A stretch of DNA of 32,000 nucleotides from Candidatus Lokiarchaeum ossiferum (lineage in GTDB: Archaea > Asgardarchaeota > Lokiarchaeia > Sigyniarchaeales > Promethearchaeaceae), in assembly GCA_025839675.1 (NCBI GenBank), contig CP104013.1:3630001-3662000 (forward strand), given 5' to 3'. Below are positions 31,852 to 32,000 of the stretch, one piece after another (position 1 is the stretch's first letter; each line of letters begins with the position of its first letter). Made by a program: the position numbers and the translations under genes. A model generated the notes under the pieces. It was not told where the DNA came from. It saw nothing but the letters and a program-made list of their open reading frames with translations, and did no database searches.

Positions 31852-32000
31852 CTAAACGCATTATTCCTTGCCTTGATATTAAGGACGGCAGAGTAGTCAA
31901 AGGAATCAATTTTGAAAACTTCAACGATGCAGGAAATCCTGTAGAACTCGCAAAGTACTATAATAATCAAGGTGCGGATGAGTTATCAATCTTGGATATC
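31845..32000 (+). CDS. hisF: Imidazole glycerol phosphate synthase, cyclase subunit (3' end beyond window)
   Basis: This gene is not in the ORF track because it has no stop in the window. Frame 3 reads (M)[51 protein letters not shown], a canonical HisF N-terminus. GTG 31845 lies 9 nt after GGAG (31832-31835). ATG 31836 is an alternative start. The gene overlaps the hisH stop. Confidence 0.88.
   Translation, partial: MLTKRIIPCLDIKDGRVVKGINFENFNDAGNPVELAKYYNNQGADELSILDI

Noticed and set aside
1-32000. Search for mobile elements, prophage or defence genes, tRNA/rRNA, and CRISPR arrays
   Set aside because: I could recognise no transposase, integrase, nuclease or defence-type ORF, no terminal inverted repeats and no G/C-rich tRNA-like segments in the intergenic regions. 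Their absence is by-eye only and should be confirmed with tRNAscan-SE, Infernal, ISEScan and DefenseFinder.

Overview
Strongly AT-rich window (about one-third G+C by eye) with 23 supportable protein genes and one candidate leader ORF. I saw no rRNA, tRNA, CRISPR array, transposase or integrase. Several signals point to a low-GC archaeon: oligo-T tracts after most transcription units, TTTATATA-type boxes about 25 nt upstream of some starts, secreted proteins anchored by a C-terminal TM plus basic tail, and several wHTH/RHH regulators. An Asgard/Lokiarchaeia-like source is a guess and cannot be proven from this window. Content from left to right: (1) A 5'-truncated RHH regulator and a 7-TM protein with a longin/roadblock-like cytosolic domain. 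(2) A beta-glucoside/cellodextrin locus: a GH94 cellobiose phosphorylase (minus strand), divergent from an Opp/Dpp-type ABC importer (binding protein, 2 permeases, 2 ATPases) and a second, long and divergent GH94 phosphorylase. The first ATPase carries an in-frame insertion of about 190 aa. (3) A 1,7xx-aa surface protein built from two copies of [8-bladed FG-GAP/PQQ-like propeller + thrombospondin-type-3-like Ca-binding repeats], with near-perfect 66-bp tandem repeats. (4) A MacB/Lol-type ABC system (ATPase, 438-aa permease, 863-aa double-FtsX permease) on the minus strand. (5) A cluster flanked by wHTH regulators that encodes unassigned membrane proteins and a duplicated-domain, sequon-rich secreted protein with a PGF-CTERM-like tail. 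(6) A gamma-carbonic-anhydrase-like LbH protein. (7) hisC-hisB-hisH-hisF, with hisF running off the right edge. The most interesting signal is in the gap upstream of hisC: a Shine-Dalgarno-led 32-codon ORF ending ...EHHHHMHHHC, followed by competing hairpins and a T8 tract. This is a candidate histidine leader-peptide attenuator. All family calls come from motif recognition by eye; no searches were run.
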